In this document: positions 23,033-32,695 of the stretch, one piece after another | How the letters are laid out: each line of letters opens with the position of its first letter | Position numbering within the stretch: the stretch's first letter is position 1 | Source of the DNA: Hyaloraphidium curvatum SAG 235-1 | Lineage: Eukaryota; Fungi; Monoblepharomycota | Direction: 5' to 3' | NCBI GenBank assembly: GCA_025558095.1 | Contig: JAIVFI010000020.1 | Coordinates: forward strand, 62,001 to 126,000 | DNA: 64,000 nucleotides | Program-made: the position numbers and the translations under genes | The notes under the pieces: model-generated | What the model was told of the DNA's origin: nothing | Seen by the model: only the letters and a program-made list of their open reading frames with translations | Database searches by the model: none

Positions 23033-23929
23033 TCAGTGCTCCCTGTTGTACCGCATCACAAAGTCCTTGTTGAGCGATTTGCTCTTGAAGGTGTTGGTCC
23101 GGATCTGGACCTTGCCGTCGTCCGAGACGCTCCAGATGGCGGTCGCCTCCCAGCCGCCCTATTCCCGAGAAGCAGAGTCTAGGAACAAGAACTACAGAGA
23201 CACGAAACCCCCTACCTTTTCCGAGCGCGACTTGATGAAAAGCGTCTTGCCATCCTCCGAGATGGAGGGCGTGGAAAGGACCTGAGGTTGATACCCCGAT
23301 CAGTGGGCAGTTGCGAGCGCTGCCGGTCCGGGAAACCTACGACGCCAAACAAGGGGTCCTCGAGAGAAACCTCCTTGCCGTCGAGCAAGATGTCCCTCGT
23401 TTGGGTGGTCGGACCGACGCCTGGGTGAACCGAAAGTCTGAACCTCCCGTTTCCGCCCGAAAAATCGACCGCATCCCACCGCTGGTGGTGTTGTGCATGA
23501 CCCACACCGTCTTGCCGTCCTTTTCCGAGGATTTGGCGGTGATTCCGACCCGCGGCGTGGAGTTGACGATGAGCTTGCGGACCACCCTTCGGGGCGGCGG
23601 GAAAGAGGCCGTCAGGAACAGAGCCCGAAACCAATCCTGCTCGTGGCGTCCCCAAAAGCCGGAATTCCACGGTTCTCAGCTTCTCGACCTCCCCGAACAA
23701 GCCTTCCGTCGTGTGTGTCCCCCGGTGGTAGGACGAGTCCTTCCGCGTCCACGCTTCCGAGCGCAGGAGCCTCCGCAACGAGCCATCGCGTCCCATACCA
23801 CCAGAAGAAGAACACTCACCAGCCGACACCCTGTGCCGAAAGCACGTCCTCGAACTTGTCCGAGTTCTTGTGGTCGAGGATCCACGACCCCTCCAGGGCG
23901 ACGAGAATCGCGGGCTTGTCGGCCGCCAT
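23033..23929 (-). CDS. Lipocalin/FABP-like (calycin) protein, multi-exon
   Basis: Spliced product LEGSWILDHKNSDKFEDVLSAQGVGW|VVRKLI..EDPLFGVV|..ISEDGKTLFIKS|GGWEATAIWSVSDDGKVQIRTNTF..VMRYNREH*. Shows the GxW and FxxxLxxxGVxWxxRK pattern of the FABP fold. Confidence 0.7.
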
Positions 23930-24111
23930 TGGGAGCGAAAGGGCACAAGATGCGGCGACGAGCTACTAGGGAGCGCTGCCGCGTTCTTGCGCAAGAGATC
24001 GGCAGCAACGAAAGGAGGTGGGGGACCTCGCGCGATCGGGCGGGAAAACACGAAGACGCGCCTTCCGACGAGCTGTCACTCGCTCGCTGTCATTCGTCGC
24101 TCGTCAGACCT

Positions 24112-25420
24112 ATGTCGTCCCTCGGTCGCGCCATCCCGGTGACGCTCCTTGCGGCGGCGGCGGGCACGTTCGTGGCGTGGAAGCTCTACGGCCTCCTGAA
24201 GCCCGTCGCCCTGCCCCCGTCGCGAGCCGTGTGTCTCGTGACAGGATGTGATACCGGCATAGGGCATGCGACAGCCGTTCTCCTCTCGGAGCTCAAGGAC
24301 TCTGCCGGGGAGGCCCAATTCAAAGTGCTTGCGGGGTGCCTGACGGAAGTTGGTGTCGCGGAGCTCAAGTCTTTGGGACGGCCGAATCTGGTGCCGTTCT
24401 CTCTGGACGTTGCCAATGAGGAGAGCGTCAAGAGCATGGCGGCGCTCGCGGAACGGGAGTGCGACGGGGAGGGCCTCTTTGCCCTCTATAATGTGGCCGG
24501 GATCAACGCCGGAAACTTTGCCGATTTGACTACGATGGACGAGTGGAAGAAGGTGTTCGACGTCAACCTCTTTGGCAGTGGGTTGCGCCGGATAGCGTTG
24601 CGGGGAATGTCGTCTCACCTCTCTCGCTCTTCCACGGACGCGATTTCAACAGTGGTCCGCTGTACCATGGCGGTGTACCACCTCCTCCACCAATCCGCGT
24701 TTCACGCGCGGCTCGCCAACGCCCGCGGCCGCCCGACTTTGCGCCCCAAAGTCATCTCCATCTCCTCCATCGCCGCCGAAATCCCGCTCACCTCGGCGGC
24801 AGCGTACACGGCCTCGAAACACGCCGCAAAGGGCTTCATGAATGTGCTAAGGATCGAGGCAAAGCCTTTTGGAATCGACGTGGTGGACGTTCGACCGTTC
24901 TGTAAGCCAGACGTACCTCTTGAAGCTCAAGTCGCTAACATTTTGTTCAGGGGTTGCTACAAACATCGTTCCCGACCAAAAGGCGGTCTCCGAAACCGTC
25001 AAGGCCAGGCTTCTAGGGAACTTCGGAGATCCTAGCCCAGACGGAGAGCAGCGGGATCCTTTCGGCAAGGAAAACCCGCTGAACCGCTACGTGGGGGGCG
25101 TCGAAGGCATCGTCAAACGCGGCATTGAGTCCACGCGCATGCTTCCCGACCGCAAGGACATGATGCAGCCGCGCTACATTGCCGAGCAAATGGCGGCGCA
25201 GATGCTCGCGGAAAGGCCGAGGATGACCTTGATGCTCTATGGTAGGACAAGCGAGCTCTTGAGCTACGAAGCAATGCGGCACTTCCCGACCACGCTGATG
25301 AATCTGATGGCGAATGGCAACGCCGCCAACATGGCCGCACACGTTCGACCCGTGCCGCAGGCGAACGTTCAGATGGTGGATATGAGATCGGCTGGACAGG
25401 AGGCTCCGATGGGAGCATAG
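24112..25420 (+). CDS. Membrane-anchored SDR (retinol dehydrogenase/17beta-HSD/BDH1-like)
   Basis: N-terminal TM, VCLVTGCDTGIG, VLAGCLTE, NVAGI, YTASKHA; two introns. Confidence 0.85.
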
Positions 25421-25476
25421 CTTTATCCTTCTGCTATTTGCTACACAGATAGAGACGACCGATACGCTGCACAACA

Positions 25477-26348
25477 CTAACCCCACGTCCCGCTCATCGA
25501 GCTCCAACCTCCGCCGTCCTTGATCTTGATCGCGATCGAGCCCGGCGTCAGGTCGAGGTCCACCTGTTTGCCCGAGGCGAATGCGGCCGTGACCTGATCC
25601 TTCATCTGGGCGAACGGGATAGCGTCCAAGACTTTCTGCACTTCAGGCGTCATAGCCGTTGCGTCCGTGATCGTGGCCGAGAAGCCGCCCTGCGCAGCAC
25701 CGGCAGGGATCGTGACCACGTTGGCAGGCCGCGAGCCTTTAGGTCCGACGCCACCGGCAAAGACTTGGGTGCACATGGTCCTGATGCTGGCGTGCGGGCC
25801 CGTTGCGATCCCGACGACCTTGAAATCAGGCTTGAAAAGGTTCTACGGCAAGAGCGCGCCTCAGAGTCTGGTTGGGCAATCGAACCGAGTTAACCTACGG
25901 TCCTGTGGCCCCGGCTGGGCACGCCGTCGTCGACGCAGAGCTGCATCACGATATCTTCGGCTTCCGTCGTGCCGTAGGCTATGTTCTCTCCCATCGTGAC
26001 GAGCCAATCGCAGTGCCGCTCGATGCGCGTCTGTGGGCTCGATCCGTCGGATCCGGTGTGTCCAGTGATGCCCTTCGGCCCAGTGTCGGCGCAATGATCG
26101 GCCGCCGCGAGACACAGCTCCGGGGACAACGAGAGGGCCCCGACAGGGGCCTGCTTTCTCAGGACTTCGATGCACTCTTGCACCGCGGCCGACCCCTCCT
26201 GCGTCACGAGTCCCGGCGCGCCGGGCGTGAGCGGCTGGAGAATGTTCCCCTGAAACCGCGCGAGCTGTGACTCCAAGTACGGAATGAACTGCGCGGGATT
26301 CGTGCGGAGTCGGTTCGTCGCGTCGAGGATCTGTTCGGGCGTCGCCAT
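25477..26348 (-). CDS. CAP/SCP domain protein without signal peptide
   Basis: NRLRTNP, AAADHCAD..GHTGSDGS, GENIAYG, VDDGVPSRGHR|NLFKPDFKVVGIA.GPH. Confidence 0.85.
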
Positions 26349-26559
26349 CGCGGTTGTCCTGGTCGGCTAGCGGAAAAGAGACACGCGACACGCGCGATTG
26401 TAAGGGCCGGAGACCTGAGCGTGAGCGATTCGCGGTGGTCTAGGGGCCTGGGTGACAGAGGTGACGAGGGGCGGGCGGAAGACCCTGAATGGACCACTCC
26501 CCGACGACAAAAGACGTGTGCAACTTCTCTCTAATGAAATTTCGACATCCTTCATAGTG

Positions 26560-27768
26560 TTAGGTAACGCCAAGGCACAGTGCCAAGTCGCCGACTCCCC
26601 TGGTGGTGAATCCGAGCCCAGAGCCCGACGATTCCACGATCCGGATCTCCTCGAGCTGATTCCAGAGCTGCGAATCCCCTTCTGCCGCCGCAGTCCTCAT
26701 GGTGTGTTCCCTGAACTCCCAAAATGAATCGAACAGGGCAGCAAGCTCGCCCTTCGCGAAGCCGGAGTACAGCCCAGTAATCACCAAGTGCCTCAAGGCT
26801 CCAGCAATACGTTTACGTCCAAGTGAGAGAAAAAGCTCGCGGAGCGATCTCCATGGTTCGATCATGTGGCAGCGGAGAGATTCAAGCCTTTCCAGCGCGA
26901 CAAGTGCGGCCAAAATGACCTCACTTTCGAGTCCGTCGCCAGCAAAGCCCACATGTGGGCCAAGAACGAGACGCCGGAGATTGGGCGCAATCTCGTGCAG
27001 AGCGGCCGCATCAATAATCCAAGACATGTTGAGAGCGGTATCCAGCTCCAGGTCCCGAAGTCTGCAGAAGGGAACGCACGACCCGCGATCAAGCATTGAA
27101 GGCAGAATCCTGTCCCCAGACTCGATCCGAATGCTCAAGCGTTCGAGAGCTTCGCAGCTCCGAGAGATGTTGGAGACGGCCGTGCGCCATTCGTGTCCCC
27201 CGGCGAGGCGGGTTTCGGTCCGAAGAAGGTGCAGCTCAAGCTCCTTCAAGGAAGGCCACGGTCGTTCCATGAGCTCGACTATTAATCCAACGAGCTGGGG
27301 AAGAATGGAACCGCTCCAAGTGAGGCTCAGCCGCGTGAGCCCCTCGCGATGTGCCTCAGACATCGCGCCAAGAACGGGCGACACCGAGTCGATCCCTGGA
27401 TGTCGGTTCGCGCCCACGTCCAGCTCAAAGTCCCTGATTCCACGCCCATCCTGTGCAGGATTTGACGCCGCAATCCTCGTGACCAGCTGGAGAAGGGCTG
27501 AATCGGGGATTCCGCTCAGCGCCCTTGTCGCGCTCGCGCGTCGTGATTCCGGGACGACAAAGACGCGTCGCCAAAGAGCAGGATCGTAGGCCACGTCGCT
27601 GAACAATGTGCAGGCTCGTCGTAGTCGCAAAAGCTCCTCTGGCCGTTCGAGATGTGCCAGGATTTGGACGAGAAGCTGCGGCGGCACGTTGAGCTCTTCG
27701 ATCCCGTCGTTCGAGTCGCAGGCGGCACCAACTTCAACGGGCAAGTCAAGAAGGCATCTGGATGTCAT
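26560..27768 (-). CDS. F-box/LRR protein (may splice further 3')
   Basis: LLDLPVE|LLVQILAHL..LLRLRRACTLFSDVAYDPALWRRV, followed by LxxLxL repeats. Confidence 0.75.
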   Translation of the reverse strand: MTSRCLLDLPVEVGAACDSNDGIEELNVPPQLLVQILAHLERPEELLRLRRACTLFSDVAYDPALWRRVFVVPESRRASATRALSGIPDSALLQLVTRIAASNPAQDGRGIRDFELDVGANRHPGIDSVSPVLGAMSEAHREGLTRLSLTWSGSILPQLVGLIVELMERPWPSLKELELHLLRTETRLAGGHEWRTAVSNISRSCEALERLSIRIESGDRILPSMLDRGSCVPFCRLRDLELDTALNMSWIIDAAALHEIAPNLRRLVLGPHVGFAGDGLESEVILAALVALERLESLRCHMIEPWRSLRELFLSLGRKRIAGALRHLVITGLYSGFAKGELAALFDSFWEFREHTMRTAAAEGDSQLWNQLEEIRIVESSGSGLGFTTRGVGDLALCLGVT

Positions 27769-27879
27769 TGCCGGCGAGATAAGGCTCGCCAAGGGCGCAA
27801 CGTCTGCAACGTGAGCGCCTTCGGCGGTGCCGTCTCAAAAGCGGCAGCTAGACCCCACCCCGATCCCACGCAGGACTCC

Positions 27880-28587
27880 ATGGCCGCCGAGGATGGAGCA
27901 CGCCAATCTGATGACGGCTCGGACGTGGAGGAGCCTGTCTTTCCCCCAGAGATCCTGTCCGCTGTCATGGACAAGCTCGGCGCTCTGAGCTTGAAACGAA
28001 CCCTCCTCAACATGCTCCTCTTGAATCATAGTTGCCTCGAACTGGGAACACATTCGCTCTTGCGGTGTGTCGACGTGACGGAAACCAACTTTGGGGCAGT
28101 ACGACGCTGCTTTGGAAACGACCCAGACAGGGCTCGGCTCGTGCACGAGCTCCGAGTGGAATCAATGCCTTTGCATGGCAAAGGCCTCGAACGCCTACTC
28201 GAAGTCTTCACCGCCGCGGAGCGGATCACGATCGCTTTTAGGACCAATGAACGCCTGGACGCCATGACTTCGGTGTGCATTTTCGCTGCGGCCCGGTATC
28301 GCACCGTGCTGCTCATCAATGCAGCGCTCATGATTCCCACGACCTTCATCGCCTACGCTTCCAGGCGGACCGAGCTGCTCTGTCTCCAAAGCCCGACCAC
28401 CCTGCCCGTCGAATTCAAGCCGGAGCACGCTCAGTACATTCTGCGGACCATGCGTGATGCCGTGCCGAGATCGCAACACGTCCCGTTGGAGATCAGGGTG
28501 TCGGAGCTGAACGGAAGCAGCACCTGGTCGCTCGAGCAGTTGAAAAAGTTCTGGAGTGCGGTCCCGAACGCAAAACTCATGGACTAA
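27880..28587 (+). CDS. F-box-like protein
   Basis: VFPPEILSAVMDKL..TLLNMLLLNHSCLELG..LLRCVDV. Confidence 0.55.
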   Translation: MAAEDGARQSDDGSDVEEPVFPPEILSAVMDKLGALSLKRTLLNMLLLNHSCLELGTHSLLRCVDVTETNFGAVRRCFGNDPDRARLVHELRVESMPLHGKGLERLLEVFTAAERITIAFRTNERLDAMTSVCIFAAARYRTVLLINAALMIPTTFIAYASRRTELLCLQSPTTLPVEFKPEHAQYILRTMRDAVPRSQHVPLEIRVSELNGSSTWSLEQLKKFWSAVPNAKLMD

Positions 28588-28703
28588 AGCTTAGCGGAAC
28601 TGAACGCGATAAACACGTGCATTTGTCATCGATGTCATTGTCATGCAGCGAGCGTGTCCGGTAGCTTCTAGCGCAGTCAATCCCCAGCATTCGCGGTCCA
28701 CCA

Positions 28704-31700
28704 TCACTGAAGAGACAGGAATGACAGCGGAACCATGCCCTCTTCCTCCATGCCCGGATCGCTGACCATTCGGCGAACTCTTCCCCAACCGTCTGGCAAG
28801 ATACGGCATTAATCAGGAGGAGATCGGACGGGCGATCAACGGACAACCCACCATCATGAGAGGTCAGGATCAACACCTTGTCGCCAACGGCAAGCGAAAG
28901 TTCGTCCTCGTGTTGCCGTTTGTACGGCTGGATGGCGACCGCATTCTTGTCGACGAGCGCCGCTAGCAGCGGCTCCTTCGACTGCGGAATCGAGGAGGAG
29001 ACGGGCGTGGAAGGAACGGTGGCTGCCGCAGCCGTGGCGGCGAACGATCCGGTGTCGATGGCGCCGGGGTAGGGGGGTGCCGACGGCGCGACGGCGGCCG
29101 ACTTGCCGTTGATGGCTTGGTAGCCGACGGCGCCGTTCGTCACATTGGGCGTCGCGGGCGAGTTGAAGTCCGCGGGCTTGGCCGTGAGAGACTGCAGCTC
29201 CGTGTCCCCGTGGCCCCCCTTGGCCGCCTGCGCTGCCGGAGACTGGTTCCGGCGGTAGAGATAGTAGCCGCCGCCCCCAATGAGCCCGACGGCCGCGATC
29301 CCGCCAATGACGCCGCCGACGATGGCGCCAATGTTGGCGGAGGAGGATGGAGGAGGGAGCGGTGTGGGCGTGGGAGTTGCGAGGCCGTTGGCCGTGACGC
29401 TCCACGCGGAGGCCTGCGCGTCCTCGCACGGACCGACCCTGACGACGTTGCCCGGTGCACTGCCGGTCGACGTCGGCAGGAGCAGGCAGCCGTCCCGGAC
29501 CTCCAGGTTGGAGTTGATGACCTTGGTGTTCTGGCTCCCGGCCGTCGAAGATTGGTTGTAGATGGTCCAGAAGGGCAGGTACGATGCCGCCTGGCGTCCG
29601 CGAAGGCGCCGCAGTCTGTCGCAGCTCACGCCCACCACGTTGCGCGTCCCCGCATCAACCGCCAAGCATTTGCCAGGCTCGGTGATTGACATGAGATCCA
29701 TGACATTGCACATCGGAGCCCTGCCGGAAGGGCAGTCGACGCGGAACGTGCCCCGCGCCGACGGGTTCATTGTGCAAACGGAGCCCGAGCAGGAAATGGA
29801 CCCGGCGGAATCCGAAGACAGGCGCACCTCGGATCCTTTCGGCAGATCGGCGGCACGTGCGCCATCGGGGAGGAGAGGAGGCCTCGGCGGCGGTTCAGGG
29901 AACACCGATGTCGGAGTGGCCGTCGCCGTCCGGCTGAGTGTCGTAGTGCCCGCCGTTTGCGAAGCTGTTCCCGACGCCGTTTCCGTAGGTGTCCTCGAAG
30001 CCGTCGCAGAAGCCGTCGCCGAGGCCGTGGGGCACGTGGTGATTGTTTCGTTTGCGAAAACGGCCAAGGCGGCCTCCTCACACCACCCAGCTAAAGTGCA
30101 ACGCGACATCAGTGGTGCCCAATGAAGCGTCCAGACTGCAACTCACTGCTCAGCTGATCGCAGACGTAGCCCTCCTCGCCCGAAGCTTCGGGCATGACCT
30201 GGCCCGGAGCAAGCACCGTGCAGGCGGAATTGCTGTACCAAGAGCATTCCTCCGCGTTCGGTCCCTGGCACTGGACTGTGCCACCCTCCACCAGCTCCCC
30301 GACTGTCCGAGCTTTCACATAGCCCGGTTCCGTGCAGCTCCGGACGCATTTCCACGGCCCCAGAGCGCCGCATTCGGTCACCGGCGGCTCGCCCGCGAGC
30401 AGCACGGAGGCCGCAACGGCACACCACCCGGCCTCCGCCTGGCCGCAGATCATCCCCTGGTCCGTCACGGGCGCAGGCTCGTTGGGCGCGAGCCGCGTGC
30501 AGTTGGAGTCCGTGTACCAGCTGCACGCCGTCACGTTGGGGCCGGAGCACTGGATGCGGCCGTTGGGCTGGCTCAGAAGGCGGACGTTGATGTAATGCCG
30601 CTGGTCGGCGCAGCTGCGGATGCAGGTGTAGTTGGTGGGGCCCGTCGGTGGCGGCTCGGGCGGCGTGGTGGTCGAGTTGTCCCCGCACACGGGGATATTG
30701 GGGTTCGATTCGACGCAGTGCGAGTCGTAGAATGCCGTGTCGAACTCCCAGCAGAGGTTGTCTGGGAAGATGGCGGTTAGCCGAAGTGATCCGGCGTTTG
30801 AACGCCTATAATGCCCACTGTTTTCGGGACTCAACCGGCAGAAGCCGTATCCGCTGGCGGAGTTGCCGTAGATGCTGTCGCGGACCTGCATCTGCGGGAT
30901 CGGGCCCGAAAAGTTGTTCCCCGCAAGGTTGATCCCGTTGAAGTAGCCGTTCTGGAGCATGCTCAGCACAGGCCCCGAGAGGCTGTTGTTCTCGAGGTTG
31001 ATCCCAAACAGGTCGTTGATCTGGGTTGCCCACACGGGGAACCCGCCAGAGAGCCGCTGGTTCGGGAAGCCAACGTTACGCAGGCCCTTTAGCTCCGAAA
31101 GGGTGTTTGCCGGGAGGTTTATGTCGCCCTTCAGCGGCGGATCGGCCTTCCAAGCAAGGAAAGTGATGCCCCAAGCGAGGCAGGAGACCTCGCGATTAGG
31201 CAATATGCCATCACGCCAGACTGCAGGTGCTTGCATGAGTACAGCGATCCAACCAAAACGACAAGCTACTCACATGGACAACATCCGGCAGTATCGTTCC
31301 ACAGACCCTTCTCGTCCTCGCCGTGGAACACGAGCCACTGCTTGAGCAGCTTGCACTGCTCCGCGGGGGTCTTGAAGCCGACGTACGGCTCGTCGACCTC
31401 CTCCATGTGGGGCGACAGCACCGGCGGCAACGGCGGGGGCTCCTTGTCGACGGGCGGATTTCCCGAACAGGCGACCAGGTTGCTAAGGCACTGGAGGGGC
31501 GTCGAGGGCGTCCACGAGGCCGTGGGGTAGTAGCACATCTGCTGGGTCGGGAACGAGCACTCCTGCAGGGTCGAAGGCAGCGCGGGTAGGTAGCCCGTAA
31601 TCTCGGTGTCCGAAAGCGTCAGGGTCGTCAAGTTGAGCCAGCCCCGGTCCAGCCGAGGAAGCTGACCCGAAATGTTGGTGCCCGACAGAACAACGGACTG

Positions 31701-32315
31701 CAGGGTGCGCAGATCCATCATCCATCGGGGAAACGGGCCGCTCAGGCCGGGGTTGTCCGAGAGATCGATGGAGGTGAAGTTGTCGGACAGGAAGTCGGCG
31801 GTGATCGGGCTGTCCTCGAGGTTGCCCCGGAGCGAGTCGCCTGTCCACGTCAGCGACTGCAGCTGCAGGTCCTCCGTGCACGTGATGCGCCGGGTGGCGG
31901 TAAGCGTCGACTCGTCGTAGCCGCAGCACCTATCGGCACCGGCAATTCGGCGAGGGAGAGACGCGATGATCAAGAGATGCACCCTCGGATGCTGAGGCCG
32001 GCTCACCCCGTCGAGTTGCCCGCCTGCTCCGACCAGAGCACTCCCTCGGCTCCCAAATTGGTCAAGAAGTTATAGATAGGCAGACATTTGTAGTACCAGC
32101 TTTCACGGGGCGAGGGGTGCCGGTGTCAGGGCCCACGCGAGATAGGTCCCCCGCCGAGCAACATACAACGGGGGTTGCGTGGTCCGCCTGTGCTTTGTCG
32201 CCGCGTCCACTGCGTGGGAGCCGAGCGGCGCGGCCAGCAGCAGCAGCAGCGCGCCCGCGGCGGCGGCCAGCGGGATGCCGCAGCGCCGCCGGCCCGAGGA
32301 TCCGCGTGGCGCCAT
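28704..32315 (-). CDS. Receptor-like single-pass protein: signal peptide, two LRR modules, two Cys-rich repeats, Thr-rich linker, ricin-B-like region, TM, cytoplasmic SH3
   Basis: Plant-type LRRs (IDLSDNPGLSGPFP, NLENNSLSGP, NLAGNNFSGPIP), TM IGAIVGGVIGGIAAVGLIGGGGYY, SH3 AIQPYKRQHEDELSLAVGDKVLI..|DGWG..EGMVPLSFL. Joining all exons into one gene is inferred. Confidence 0.7.
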
Positions 32316-32695
32316 GGAGACGCGGCCGCGCTGCGCGATGCGGGCACCACCGGTCGCCCGATCACTCGCGCGCAAGGCGTGGCCGAGGGATGAGCGGCCG
32401 GGGCAAGCCACCTGTGTCCTTGTCGGGTGGAGGCGGAGTTTGAAGGACTTGCCTTGCCCGCTTGCCCGTGACGAATTTCGGTATACGAACGGAGCCCGGC
32501 GCCTGGTATTCACGGACCGCAATCTATTTCCAAAACGACCGAGGATGGTGGAACGAATGCATGCCAATGTAACACGCGTACTTCCGACGTAGCAGTGCGC
32601 TGGCGCGCATCACCGCTGCGCAATCACCTCACTAATCTCCCGACCACGAAGCCGAGGGCAAAGCCCGCTGCTATCGCCGCTCCTCCCACGAACAG

